DNA of 64,000 nt from an uncultured delta proteobacterium (GTDB taxonomy: Bacteria > Myxococcota_A > Polyangia > Fen-1088), in contig CAVYGB010000009.1 of NCBI GenBank assembly GCA_963767925.1, positions 128,001-192,000 of the forward strand. The letters run 5' to 3'. Below the pieces are notes generated by a model. The model was given only the letters and a program-made list of their open reading frames with translations, was not told the origin of the DNA and did no database searches. Positions 1 to 9,201 of the stretch are shown piece by piece. Made by a program: the position numbers and the translations under genes. Positions within the stretch are counted from its first letter, which is position 1, and each line of letters opens with the position of its first letter.

Positions 1-976
1 CCTGCTCGAGCGGCTGCTCGAGACGCTCGACCACCTGCACCGCCTGTCGCCGCCGGTGATCCACCGCGACATCAAGCCGGCCAACATCATGTTGCGGGCC
101 GACGGGCAGCCGGTGCTGGTCGACTTCGGCGCGGTCCACGACTGGGGCAGCCGGGCCGGACACGGCTCGCTCACCGTGGTGGGCACGGTCGGCTACATGG
201 CCCCCGAGCAGGCGATGGGCGCGCCGGCCCCCGCCTCGGACCTGTTCGCCCTGGGGGCCACCGCGGTGCACGCCCTCAGCCACTGCCACCCGGCCGACCT
301 GCCCCGGCGGGGCCTGCAGCTCGCCTTCGCCGATCGGGTCGGCTGCTCGCCCGAGCTGGTGGCGGTGCTGCAACGGCTTGTCGAGCCCGACCTGCGCGAG
401 CGCTACGCCCGCGCCTCGGATGCGCTGGCCGATCTGCGACGGCCGTCCCGCCCGACCCCGCCGGAGAAGGCCCTCGCCGTGCGGGCGCCGACCCGGGCCC
501 TCGTCCACCTCGCGCTGCCGCCGGCGCCGCGGCCGCTGACGAAGGTGGCGCAGGCGCAGCTCCGGGGCCGGGCGACCTTGCGGGCGGTCAAGACCCTCGG
601 CGCCTGGGCGACCGCGATGGCGGTGGCGGGGGGGGTGTTGAGCTCCTCGGGCAGCCCCGGCCCGTTGCTCGTCGCCGCCCTGGCCACCATCGGCGCCGCC
701 GGCCTGCTGACCTTCACCCGGGGCAACCAGCGGGACCTGCACCTGCACCGCAACGGGACCGCCGCCGAGGGGCGGGTCTACGACGTGCGCCGGGACGTCA
801 CCGGCAACACGCTGTACGCCCGCGTCCTCTACGACTTCCAGGTGGGCGAGCAGCACTTCCGGGGTGAGCTCGACGCCTCGAACGCCGCCGCCCGCCAGGT
901 CCAGGTCGACGACCCCGTCCTCATCGTCTACGACCCCGACCGCCCCCGCCGCCACCTGGCCACGCTGGTCGGCTGA
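1..976 (+). CDS. Ser/Thr protein kinase, 5'-truncated by the window edge, with two TM helices and a C-terminal DUF3592-like domain
   Basis: IHRDIKPANI, DFG and GTVGYMAPE kinase motifs; hydrophobic hairpin; C-terminal 'V.IVYDPDRP' pattern. Confidence 0.85.
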   Translation, partial: LLERLLETLDHLHRLSPPVIHRDIKPANIMLRADGQPVLVDFGAVHDWGSRAGHGSLTVVGTVGYMAPEQAMGAPAPASDLFALGATAVHALSHCHPADLPRRGLQLAFADRVGCSPELVAVLQRLVEPDLRERYARASDALADLRRPSRPTPPEKALAVRAPTRALVHLALPPAPRPLTKVAQAQLRGRATLRAVKTLGAWATAMAVAGGVLSSSGSPGPLLVAALATIGAAGLLTFTRGNQRDLHLHRNGTAAEGRVYDVRRDVTGNTLYARVLYDFQVGEQHFRGELDASNAAARQVQVDDPVLIVYDPDRPRRHLATLVG

Positions 977-999
977 GGGGCGCGGCCGCTGGCGCCGCT

Positions 1000-1258
1000 T
1001 CAGCGCGCCAGGGCGGTCAGGAAGGCGCGGGCGGCGCCAGCGCGGGCTGCCAGGCGGGAAAGAACGGGCTTATCGCGCAGGCCGGATCGGCCAGCCGCTC
1101 GCGGAAGCAGGCGCACGCGCTCTCGCTGATGATCCGCGCAGCCCCGCCGGGTGCCGGTGCGCGTAGGTCTGGGCCAGCCAGCCGCCCCCCGACATTCCCC
1201 AGAACACCCAGGGCGGAAGGCCCAGCCGCCGCCGCACCCCTTCGAGGTCGTCCACCAT
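1000..1258 (-). pseudogene. alpha/beta-hydrolase fragment, frameshifted near 1130
   Basis: DDLEGVRRRLG...WVFWGMSGGG (GxSxG nucleophile elbow) LAQTYAHRHP, continuing in another frame as IISESACACFRERLADPAC; N- and C-terminal parts absent. Confidence 0.55.
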
Positions 1259-1379
1259 CTGGAAGAAGCTCGCCTGCGCAACCGGGCCCGACCCACTTCG
1301 CGGGGGGACCGCGGTCCGATCAGGGCGGCGGGGATCGGTGCCGGTGGGCCCCCTCGACCGAGCCGGGGGCAGGCGCGGG

Positions 1380-2693
1380 TCAGGCCAGGGCGCGGATCTC
1401 GCGGAGGACGGTGTCCATCTCCTCGGGCGAGTTGAGGATGCCGGGGCTGAGGCGCGCGTACTGGGTGGCGTAGGGGGTCACGCTGGCGATGATCCGGCGG
1501 GCCAGGAGGCGCTTGATGACCTCGGGGGCGGGCAGGCGGGCGACCTCGAAGCAGACCAGGCCCGAGGAGAGCGACTCGGCCAGGGGGGTGTGCAGCTTGA
1601 CGTGGGCCATCTCGCGCAGCCCCTCCTTGCACTGGCGGGTCAGCGCGTGGATGCGCGCGGTGATCCGCTCGCGGCCGATGGTCCGGTGGAAGGCGAAGGC
1701 CTCCGGCAGGGCCCAGCGGTGCTCGAAGCTGTGGAACCCGCCCGGGGTGGTCAGGGCGCCGGGCGGGCTGGCCGGCAGCTCACCCTTGATCCAGGCGATG
1801 TAAGCCTGCAGATCGAACGAGGGGATCAGCGGGCGGTGTCCCTGCCAGGCGGCCGGACGCCCCCACAAGATCCCGGTGCCGCGCGGCCCGAAGATCCACT
1901 TGTGGCAGCCGGCGGCGAAGAAGTCGCAGCCGAGCTCGGCCGGTGACTCGCGCTCGACCCCGAAGCCGTGGACCCCGTCCACACAGAACAGGATCCGCGC
2001 CCCTTCGGCGCGCTGGCGGTTCGCGTCCTCCACGACGGCGGCCAGGCGGCGGATCGGCAGCTTGACCCCGGTCGAGGAGTGCACCCAGGTCACGCCCACC
2101 ACCCGCGTCTCGGGCCCGATGGCCGCCTTCAGGCGGGCGGCGATCTCCTCCTCGGAGGCGGCGGCCGGCTGATCGTAGAGGGCGACCTTGCGGACGCGGG
2201 CGCCGGTCCGGCCCGCCACGAACCGCAGGTTCTCGTGGGTGGCGTAGTGATCGTGGACGGTGGTCAGCACCTCCTGCCCGGGCTGCAGCGCCAGTCCGCC
2301 GTACAGCATCGCCAGCGCCATGGTGGTGCTGTCGGCGAGGGCGATGTCCCCGGGTTTCCCGCCGGTGTAGGCCGCGACCGCGGCGCGCACCTCGTCTTCG
2401 GCCCCCTCGAGCCGCTGCTCGACGTATTCGGTCGGATTCTCGTCGAGGCCGCGCCGGTGCCGCTCGATCGCCTCCCGCACCGGCCGGGGATGGGAGGCCA
2501 TCAACATGAGCGCCATGTGGATGTGATCGCGGCTGAGCAGGAACTGGCTCCGCACCGCGCTCCAGTCGGGCGGCGTGCCGTCCGCGGCCAGCAGCGGCGC
2601 CGGCCGCTCGGCCCGCCCGCTGCGACAGGCCGGCGCCAGCGCCCCCGCGCCCAGCCCGGCCCCCGTGAGAAACCTCCTGCGGTCGATCGACAT
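1380..2693 (-). CDS. Tat-exported class V PLP aminotransferase-fold enzyme (PvdN / isopenicillin-N-epimerase-like)
   Basis: SIDRRRFL twin-arginine signal with possible lipobox LAPAC; VDGVHG and AGCHKWIFGPRGTG (PLP lysine) motifs. Confidence 0.85.
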   Translation of the reverse strand: MSIDRRRFLTGAGLGAGALAPACRSGRAERPAPLLAADGTPPDWSAVRSQFLLSRDHIHMALMLMASHPRPVREAIERHRRGLDENPTEYVEQRLEGAEDEVRAAVAAYTGGKPGDIALADSTTMALAMLYGGLALQPGQEVLTTVHDHYATHENLRFVAGRTGARVRKVALYDQPAAASEEEIAARLKAAIGPETRVVGVTWVHSSTGVKLPIRRLAAVVEDANRQRAEGARILFCVDGVHGFGVERESPAELGCDFFAAGCHKWIFGPRGTGILWGRPAAWQGHRPLIPSFDLQAYIAWIKGELPASPPGALTTPGGFHSFEHRWALPEAFAFHRTIGRERITARIHALTRQCKEGLREMAHVKLHTPLAESLSSGLVCFEVARLPAPEVIKRLLARRIIASVTPYATQYARLSPGILNSPEEMDTVLREIRALA

Positions 2694-2837
2694 GACTCAC
2701 CTCCCGCCCGTATCTTGCCTGCATTCGGGCCCGGCCGACGCAAGTCGTTCTCGGCAACCCTGTCGGGCACGAACCGGTCGCGGTCGCCCGCAGGAAGCGC
2801 CGATCGGGGTCGGCGAGCGGGCCGGGGGGGGGCGGGG

Positions 2838-3362
2838 TCAGGCGCGGGGTTCGGTCAGGGGGAGGAGGGGTTTGGTCATGAGGACCAGGTGGGCGGGGCG
2901 GCGGAGCTTGAAGAGGTCGGGGAAGGGGGCGGTGTCGAAGGGGGCGTAGCCGAGGGCGGTGTAGATGGGGAGCAGCTCGGGGCGCAGGTTCACGATGCCG
3001 AGATCGAGGAAGCGGCAGCCGGCGGCGCGACAGTGTGCCTCGACGGCGGTGACGAGCAGGCGGCCGAGGCCCCGGCCCTGATAGTCGGGATCGACGGCGA
3101 GCATGCCGAGGTGGCCGCGGGGGCCGTGGATCTCGGTGTGGACCGCGGCGGCGAAGCCGCCCGCGCGGCGGTCCTCGAGGACCAGGAGGCAGCTCTCCGG
3201 GGCGGTCAGCTTGCCGGTCACGTCGGCGGCGTGGGTGCGGTCGCCGTCGATGAAGAAGTCCTCGACCCGGAAGGCGCGGTTGACCAGCCGCACGATGCCG
3301 GGGACATCGTCGGCGGTCGCGCGGCGGGGCGGGGTCAGGTGGGCGGGCGGCGGAGCGGCCAT
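2838..3362 (-). CDS. GNAT family N-acetyltransferase
   Basis: LAVDPDYQGRGLG acetyl-CoA motif A; Y..LGY. Confidence 0.88.
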   Translation of the reverse strand: MAAPPPAHLTPPRRATADDVPGIVRLVNRAFRVEDFFIDGDRTHAADVTGKLTAPESCLLVLEDRRAGGFAAAVHTEIHGPRGHLGMLAVDPDYQGRGLGRLLVTAVEAHCRAAGCRFLDLGIVNLRPELLPIYTALGYAPFDTAPFPDLFKLRRPAHLVLMTKPLLPLTEPRA

Positions 3363-3365
3363 GGG

Positions 3366-3698
3366 TCAGGCGGGGGGCGCGAGCCGGCGGGCTTCTCGGC
3401 CCATCTCACCGCGCAGCATCTTTCCGAACATGACGAAGTCGGCGGCCAGCGACCAGAGGGGGTGGCGGAAGGTCGCAGGACGGTTCTTCTCTACCAGGAA
3501 ATGGGCCGCCCAGGCGAAGCCGTAGCCGAACACCGGCGCCAGCGCGAGCAACTTGCGCGGCCCCACCGTGAGAGCAACGGCCACCGTGGCGATCACCCCC
3601 GCCGTGCCGACATAGTGCAGCCCCCGGGTGAGCGGCCGGCCATGCTCGCGCACATAAAACGGCCAGAACTCCCGGAAGCTCCCCAGGCCCTTGTCCAT
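3366..3698 (-). CDS. DUF962 / Mpo1-like membrane protein
   Basis: FWPFYVREH...LHYVGT...GYGFAWAAHFLVEKNRPATF.HPLWSL..DF signature. Confidence 0.88.
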   Translation of the reverse strand: MDKGLGSFREFWPFYVREHGRPLTRGLHYVGTAGVIATVAVALTVGPRKLLALAPVFGYGFAWAAHFLVEKNRPATFRHPLWSLAADFVMFGKMLRGEMGREARRLAPPA

Positions 3699-3771
3699 GC
3701 CGCCAGTCTACGCCGGATACCGACCGTCGACCCACCGTCGACAGTCGAGGAGCACCCCGGGGCTGACGGTT

Positions 3772-3833
3772 CATCACCTCTCCCCGCGGTCTGCCGGGGG
3801 AGAGGTCGGCGCGTCTGCGCGCCGGGTGAGGGG
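3772..3833. repeat. dispersed REP-like palindromic element, copy 1
   Basis: CATCACCTCTCCCCG...GGGGAGAGGTCGGCGCGTCTGCGCGCCGGGTGAGGGG; closely related copies at 39926 and 61545. Confidence 0.8.
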
Positions 3834-3934
3834 CCTCCGGCGTGGCAACCGCCCCTCACGGGCAGCGCGGCGGCGCCTGTGAAGGTCATCCAGCGGAGGT
3901 CCGGGGCTTGCAGTGTCGGTGCGGCGAGTCGAAC

Positions 3935-4279
3935 ATGCTCATGCTCAGCATCATCGGCGCCGCCGGGTTCGGCGTGGCAGGCGCGCTTCATCCCATGGCG
4001 CAGCTCGAGGCTCAGGCCGCCGCCGCCGCCGCCGTCGGGGGCGCGGGCGCGGGCGCGGCCCGGGCCTGCGGGGAGCCGCCGCTGGACGGCTTCGATCCCG
4101 ATCCCGCCCCGACCAGCGGCGGTGACGGGGGCGATGTCTCCGGCGCGATCGACGGCTGGGATCCCGAGGCGATCCAGGCAGGCCTCGAACGCGACGACCT
4201 CCTGTTCGGCCTCGAGCGCGCCTTCGAGGACCTGGAGCACGAGTCGAAGATGGCGTTCATCCGGAACATCCGGGTCTGA
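3935..4279 (+). CDS. small hypothetical protein
   Basis: GC3-rich ORF from ATG ~3935; hydrophobic N-terminus; ends ESKMAFIRNIRV. Confidence 0.55.
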   Translation: MLMLSIIGAAGFGVAGALHPMAQLEAQAAAAAAVGGAGAGAARACGEPPLDGFDPDPAPTSGGDGGDVSGAIDGWDPEAIQAGLERDDLLFGLERAFEDLEHESKMAFIRNIRV

Positions 4280-4581
4280 CTTCCCGACTTCCCTGATGCT
4301 CCGGGCGGGGGGCGGCCGGGTTGGGGGCTGATGCGCGCGAGCACCGGTGCGCGGTCGAGCCTCGTGCACTTCGAAGTAGCGTCAATCACCTCGAGCGGAC
4401 CGAGACCTACCGACAGCCGTCGCCAGCAACCAGACGACCTGCATGATCAGGCGGCGACAATCCCAGAGTCCCTGCGAGGCGCGTCGACGACATATCCGGC
4501 ATATTCCGAGAGGAGCAACGAAGCGCAGACGCAGGATCGTCGCCGCCTGATTGACGCTACTCCGAAGACGGTGCACGGGCG

Positions 4582-5100
4582 TCAGCCGGCGGCGCTCTTG
4601 ATCAGGTGGGGCGCGATGAAAGAGAGGATGCGCGCCTCCGCGACGCCCACCTCGACGCTCAGGCCGGCGTCACGCATGAGTTGCAGGCCGCGGCCCTGGT
4701 TGCGAGGATCGGTGTCGACGGTGCCCACGAACACCCGGGGGATGCCGCTGCGGACGATGGCCAGAGCGCAGGAGGGGGTGCGGCCCTGGAACGAGCAAGG
4801 CTCGAGCGTCACGAACATCGACAGCTCCTCCGGCCGCCAGCCCCCCGGCAGCTCGGCCAGCGCCGCCACCTCCGCGTGGTGCCTACCCGGCGCCAGCGTG
4901 AACCCGCGCGCGACCACCGCGTCGCCGCGCACGATGACACATCCCACCGGCGGGTTGGGCCGGCACGCGGGCAACGCCGACGCGCTCTGCGCCAGCGCCT
5001 CCTCCATGAATCGCGCCTTGGCCTCAGAAGAAAACATATCGATGGCTTCGACCCCGAGTGTACCAGCCGCCCCGCCCATGACGACCACGACCCGCGACAA
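4582..5100 (-). CDS. stand-alone RibD-type cytidine/deoxycytidylate deaminase domain (start may be ~60 nt further in, at MFSSE)
   Basis: PNPPVGCVIV, HAE, TLEPC...TPSC zinc motifs, DPRNQGRG; no reductase domain. Confidence 0.85.
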   Translation of the reverse strand: MSRVVVVMGGAAGTLGVEAIDMFSSEAKARFMEEALAQSASALPACRPNPPVGCVIVRGDAVVARGFTLAPGRHHAEVAALAELPGGWRPEELSMFVTLEPCSFQGRTPSCALAIVRSGIPRVFVGTVDTDPRNQGRGLQLMRDAGLSVEVGVAEARILSFIAPHLIKSAAG

Positions 5101-5125
5101 CGCCCATCACCTTCGCCGCGCCGGA

Positions 5126-5340
5126 TCGACCCCATGGATCAGCCGCCCGCCGCCGACGACCAACCCAGTTACTTCTACCCCCGCTCCTCCGCCGCGCCGT
5201 TCGACCCCATGGATCAGCCGCCCGCCACCGACGACCAACCCAGTTACTTCTACCCCCGCTCCCCCGCCGCGCCGGTTCGACCCCATGGTCAGCCGCCCGT
5301 CTCCGACGACCAACCCGGTTACTTCTACCCCCGCTCCGCC
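5126..5340. repeat. tandem repeat, 3 x ~75 bp
   Basis: unit TCGACCCCATGGATCAGCCG...CAACCCAGTTACTTCTACCCCCGCTCC begins at 5126, 5201 and 5277. Confidence 0.9.
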
Positions 5341-5350
5341 TCTGCCCTAG

Positions 5351-5709
5351 CTCTATCTGTGACTCTGTCTCTGTCTCTGTCTCTGCTCTGTCTCTGTCTC
5401 TGCTCTGACTCTGCTCTGTCTCTGACTCCGCTCTGACTCTGACTCCGCTCTGTCTCTGACTCCGCTCTGACTCTGACTCTGACTCTGCTCTGACTCCGCT
5501 CTGACTCTGACTCCGCTCTGTCTCTGACTCCGCTCTGACTCTGACTCTGACTCTGCTCTGACTCTGACTCTGACTCTGCTCTGACTCTGACTCCGCTCTG
5601 TCTCTGACTCCGCTCTGACTCTGACTCCGCTCTGTCTCTGACTCCGCTCTGTCTCTGACTCCGCTCTGACTCTGACTCCGCTCTGTCTCTGACTCTATTC
5701 TGTCTCTGA
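5351..5709. repeat. compound microsatellite (CTCTGA/CTCTGT/CTCCG)n
   Basis: ~360 bp built almost entirely of these 5-6-mers; pyrimidine-rich + strand. Confidence 0.95.
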
Positions 5710-5733
5710 AAACGCGAAGCTGAGTGGCAGTTG

Positions 5734-5843
5734 GGGCTGTGGGCATGTGGGCAAACGCGTCTGCGCGTCTGCGCGTCCGCTCTGCGCGTTTGTCCAAGGG
5801 CTGTGGGCAGTCTGCTGTCCACAGCCCGGCATGTCCACAGCCC
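5734..5843 (+). other. three-stem (3-way junction) structured element
   Basis: P1 5734-5747 pairs with 5830-5843, P2 5748-5759 with 5785-5796, P3 5798-5810 with 5815-5827; each stem is fully paired with one G-T(U) wobble. Confidence 0.7.
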
Positions 5844-5846
5844 ACC

Positions 5847-6363
5847 CCCGCCCCAGCGCCGCCCCTTCCGCCATCGGGCGCCCGCCCCAGCGCCGCCCCT
5901 TCCGCCATCGGGCGCCCGCCCCAGCGCCGCCCCTTCCGCCATCGGGCGCCCGCCCCAGCACCGCCCCTTCCGCCATCGGGCGCCCGCCCCAGCACCGCCC
6001 CTTCCGCCATCGGGCGCCCGCCCCAGCGCCGCCCCTTCCGCCATCGGGCGCCCGCCCCAGCGCCGCCCCTTCCGCCATCGGGCGCCCGCCCCAGCACCGC
6101 CCCTTCCGCCATCGGGCGCCCGCCCCAGCGCCGCCCCTTCCGCCATCGGGCGCCCGCCCCAGCACCGCCCCTTCCGCCATCGGGGTGCCCGCCCCAGCAC
6201 CGCCCCTTCCGCCATCGGGCGCCCGCCCCAGCACCGCCCCTTCCGCCATCGGGCGCCCGCCCCAGCACCGGCACCGCCCCTTCCGCCATCGGGCGCCCGC
6301 CCCAGCGCCGCCCCTTCCGCCATCGGGCGCCCGCCCCAGCGCCGCCCCTTCCGCCATCCGGCG
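5847..6363. repeat. tandem array, 15 x 34 bp
   Basis: unit CCCGCCCCAGCRCCGCCCCTTCCGCCATCGGGCG, no spacers; one copy has +1 nt and one has a 6-bp duplication. Confidence 0.95.
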
Positions 6364-6521
6364 CCCGCTTCAGGCCGGCGCCGCCGTTCCGCCGTCCATC
6401 GCCCGCCGTCGCGCGCCTTCGTCGACGTTGCGCGGACCAGCTCCCTCGCGTCTCTCGTCCGATCGGCAGGACGATCGTACTTGAAACTATGCCGCGTCTG
6501 AGTTACTATTGCCTCATTCAA

Positions 6522-7199
6522 ATGGGGGACCCCAAGCGCTGCGCTCAGCTCGCCTTGCCCCGGACGTCCGGGTGGGGTGGTCGACGGGAGGGGGCCGGGC
6601 GTCCTCCGATTGCCGGACCGAGGCGGCCGGCGCCGCATCGGACGCGGCCGCCCCACAAGGGCGCCCATCCGTTGCACGTGACCTTGCGGGCCAGGGCGGG
6701 GTTGGTCTCGTTGCGGAGCAAGCGGGTCTTCGGCGTGTTGCGGGACTGTTTTCGTGCGTCGAGCTCAGCAGGCTTCCGGGTCGTGCAGTTCTCGGTGCAG
6801 GCCGACCACGTGCACCTGTTGGTGGAAGCAGAGGACAAGGCGGCGCTGTCGGCCGGAGCGCGGGGGCTCGTGATCCGGAGCGCGCTGGCGATCAATCGAG
6901 CCTGCCAGCGCACCGGACGGATCTGGGGAGATCGGTACCATGCGCGCGAGCTGGCGACGCCGCGGGAAGTGCGCAATGCGCTGGTCTACGTTTTGATGAA
7001 CCACAAGAAGCATGGCCTTCGCGACCGCGGGCACATCGACCCCTGCTCATCGGCCCCCTGGTTCGACGGCTTCCGCGTCCCACCCGCGCCGCCGACCGAC
7101 CCACCGGTGACAAGCTCCCCCCTCACCTGGCTCGCAACGGTCGGCTGGCGTCGGCGCGGCCTGATCGACCCGACCGAGTCCCCCAAGACCGTTCTGTGA
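6522..7199 (+). CDS. HUH/Y1 tyrosine transposase, REP-associated (RAYT / IS200-like)
   Basis: HVTLR, QADHVHLLVEA (HUH), IWGDRYH, ALVYVLMN (catalytic Tyr), IDPCSS; N-terminal WGGRREGAGR. Confidence 0.88.
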   Translation: MGDPKRCAQLALPRTSGWGGRREGAGRPPIAGPRRPAPHRTRPPHKGAHPLHVTLRARAGLVSLRSKRVFGVLRDCFRASSSAGFRVVQFSVQADHVHLLVEAEDKAALSAGARGLVIRSALAINRACQRTGRIWGDRYHARELATPREVRNALVYVLMNHKKHGLRDRGHIDPCSSAPWFDGFRVPPAPPTDPPVTSSPLTWLATVGWRRRGLIDPTESPKTVL

Positions 7200-7336
7200 G
7201 CACCCGGCCTTCGCCGCTGAGGGCGCGCCGGTTGGGGGAAGGGGCGTTGTGCTGTGGGGGGACGTGGGCGGCGAGGGAGATGGACGGCGTGGCGACGTGG
7301 GCGGGGGCGCCGGAGAGCGAAGGGGGGCTGAACCGA

Positions 7337-7404
7337 CGGGGGCGGGGGCGGGGGCGAGGGCGGGGGCGAGGGGGGGGGCGAGGGGGGGGCGAGGGGGGGC
7401 GGGG
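7337..7404. repeat. G-rich low-complexity tract (GGGGCG/GGCGAG)n
   Basis: repeated G3-G8 runs between the convergent RAYT and amine oxidase genes. Confidence 0.75.
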
Positions 7405-9156
7405 TGTCTGGTGGGCGGCGAGGGATTCGTTGGCGGCGCGTTCGCCGGTTTCGAGGGCTCCGTGGACGGTTCCGAGGGCGCCTTCGGTGTGGGTGGCTTC
7501 GCCGAGCGAAGAAGAGGGTGGCGGCGACCGGGGCGGCGAGGTGGGCGGGGGCCGAGAGGCCGCCGGGCGGGAGGAAGGTGTAGGCGCCGCGGGCGTGTGG
7601 ATCGGCTTGCCAGTCGAAGACCCGGTGGGCTTCCAGGTCGGCGGCTAGGGCGGCGGGGTCCAGGCCCAGGCCGCGGGCCAGGCTGCGCAGGGCGGCTGCG
7701 GTCACGTCGTGGGCCGGGCGGCCGCGGAGGGCCTCGGCGGGGGGCCACCGGACCAGGCGACGAGGATGCGCCCCGCTCCGGCGGCGCCTGCCAGAAGGTG
7801 GGGAAGGGCGCCCGGGGGGGGTGCAGGAAGGTGAAGGCGCCGGCTTCCGCGTGGCCGCTACGCCGCGCCTGCCCGCCGCGCTGTCGCTGCGGGCCGCTGC
7901 CTGGCCGGCGCTGCGGGCCGCTGCCTTGGCGCTGGATCCGCGGGCGGGCCGCTGCCTGGCCACGGGCGCTGCCGGCGCTGCCGCTGCCGGCCGCCGCCTT
8001 GGCGCCGGAGCGGGACGCCGCTTTGGTGGCGCTGCGGGACGCTGCTTTGGTGGCGCTGCGGGACGCTGCTTTGGTGGCGCTGCGGGACGCTGCTTTGGTG
8101 GCGCTGCGGGACGCTGCTTTGGTGGCGCTGCGGGACGCTGCTTTGGTGGCGCTGCGGGACGCTGCTTTGGTGGCGCTGCGGACGCTGCCTGGCCGTGGTC
8201 ACCTTCGCTGCGGGTCGCCCACTGCCCGCCCGGGGGGGGCCTTGCCGGGTACTACGGCGGTTAGGGGGTGGCGGAAGCGGAGGAGGGTGCGGACGACCGG
8301 GCCGACCTGCAGGGTGCGGATGGCGTGGCGCTTATCGGCGGGCAGGGGGGGATCGAAGCGGACGGCGCCGGGGGTGCGGGGGTTGGCCATGAGAACGCCG
8401 AGGGGGAGGGTGACGACCAGCGCCCGGGCCCGCACCGGGGGGGGGAGCGGGCCGAGGACGTTGCGCGCCTCGATCGTGACGGCGCCGCGCCGCCATGTGA
8501 CGATGCGGGCCTCGACGCCGAGGCGCAACTCGGCGCCGGCGTGCTCGGCGCGGGCGGCCAGACGCTCGACAAGCGGGCGGTAGCCGCCCTGGACGCGGAA
8601 CAGGCGGTCGCCGTCGATCTCCGCGGCGCCAGGGTCTCCTGCCGCAGGCCCTGCATGCCTCTATCCGGTCGGCGGGAGCGGCGTTGATGCCCTCGACGTA
8701 GGCGCGCAGCAGGCTCTGCACGTCGGGGCCGGCCTGCCGCCGCCAGCCGGCCTGGGTCGCCAGCTCCTCGAAGGACCGATCGCGCCCGGCCTGCGGCAGC
8801 TCCTCCAGCAGGGCCAGCGCCGCCTGCCAGCGGCCGTCGACCCGGGCAAAGCGGCGGCTGTCGCCCTGCCATGGCGCTCGGGCACCTCGTGCAGGCGCAG
8901 CCGCGCCCGCCGCAGCAGCGACAGCAGGATGGGCGGCCGGCCGTGCACGAACTCCGCCCCCCGCCTCGATCGGCCCCGGCCAGTCCGGCTCGGTCCGGGT
9001 GTCGACCCGCCCGCCGACCCGATCGCGCGCCTCGAGCACCAGCACGCGCGCGGCGCCCGCCGCGAGCGCCCGCGCCGCGGCCAGCCCCGCCACCCCGGCG
9101 CCGAGCACCACCACATCCCAGCGCCCGCCGGCGGTGGGGCGGCGGCTGGCGGACAT
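7400..9156 (-). pseudogene. flavin-containing amine oxidase family gene with multiple frameshifts (3' end approximate)
   Basis: GAGVAGL...LEARDRVGGR, GAEFVHG, VVTLPLGVL, DWQADPHARGAY, LFFA/EATH..GTVHGALETG, distributed over several frames. Confidence 0.8.
8011..8178. repeat. tandem repeat, 7 x 24 bp, inside the amine oxidase gene
   Basis: unit CGGGACGCTGCTTTGGTGGCGCTG. Confidence 0.95.
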
Positions 9157-9201
9157 GTCCAGCCACGGTGGGTACGTCCGGCCGGAGCGGCCAGTAGATT
9201 C

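Noticed and set aside
4582..5100. ribD riboflavin operon
   Set aside because: Only the deaminase domain is present, with no reductase or other rib genes, so no symbol was assigned.
5847..6363. CRISPR array (34-bp period)
   Set aside because: Units abut with no unique spacers, and there are no cas genes in the window.
5024..6677. ORFs with SESE/QSQS and RAPDGGRGG repeats, and the N-terminal extension of ORF 5724-7199
   Set aside because: Read-through of stop-free tandem repeats whose periods shift frame; transposase homology begins near 6522.
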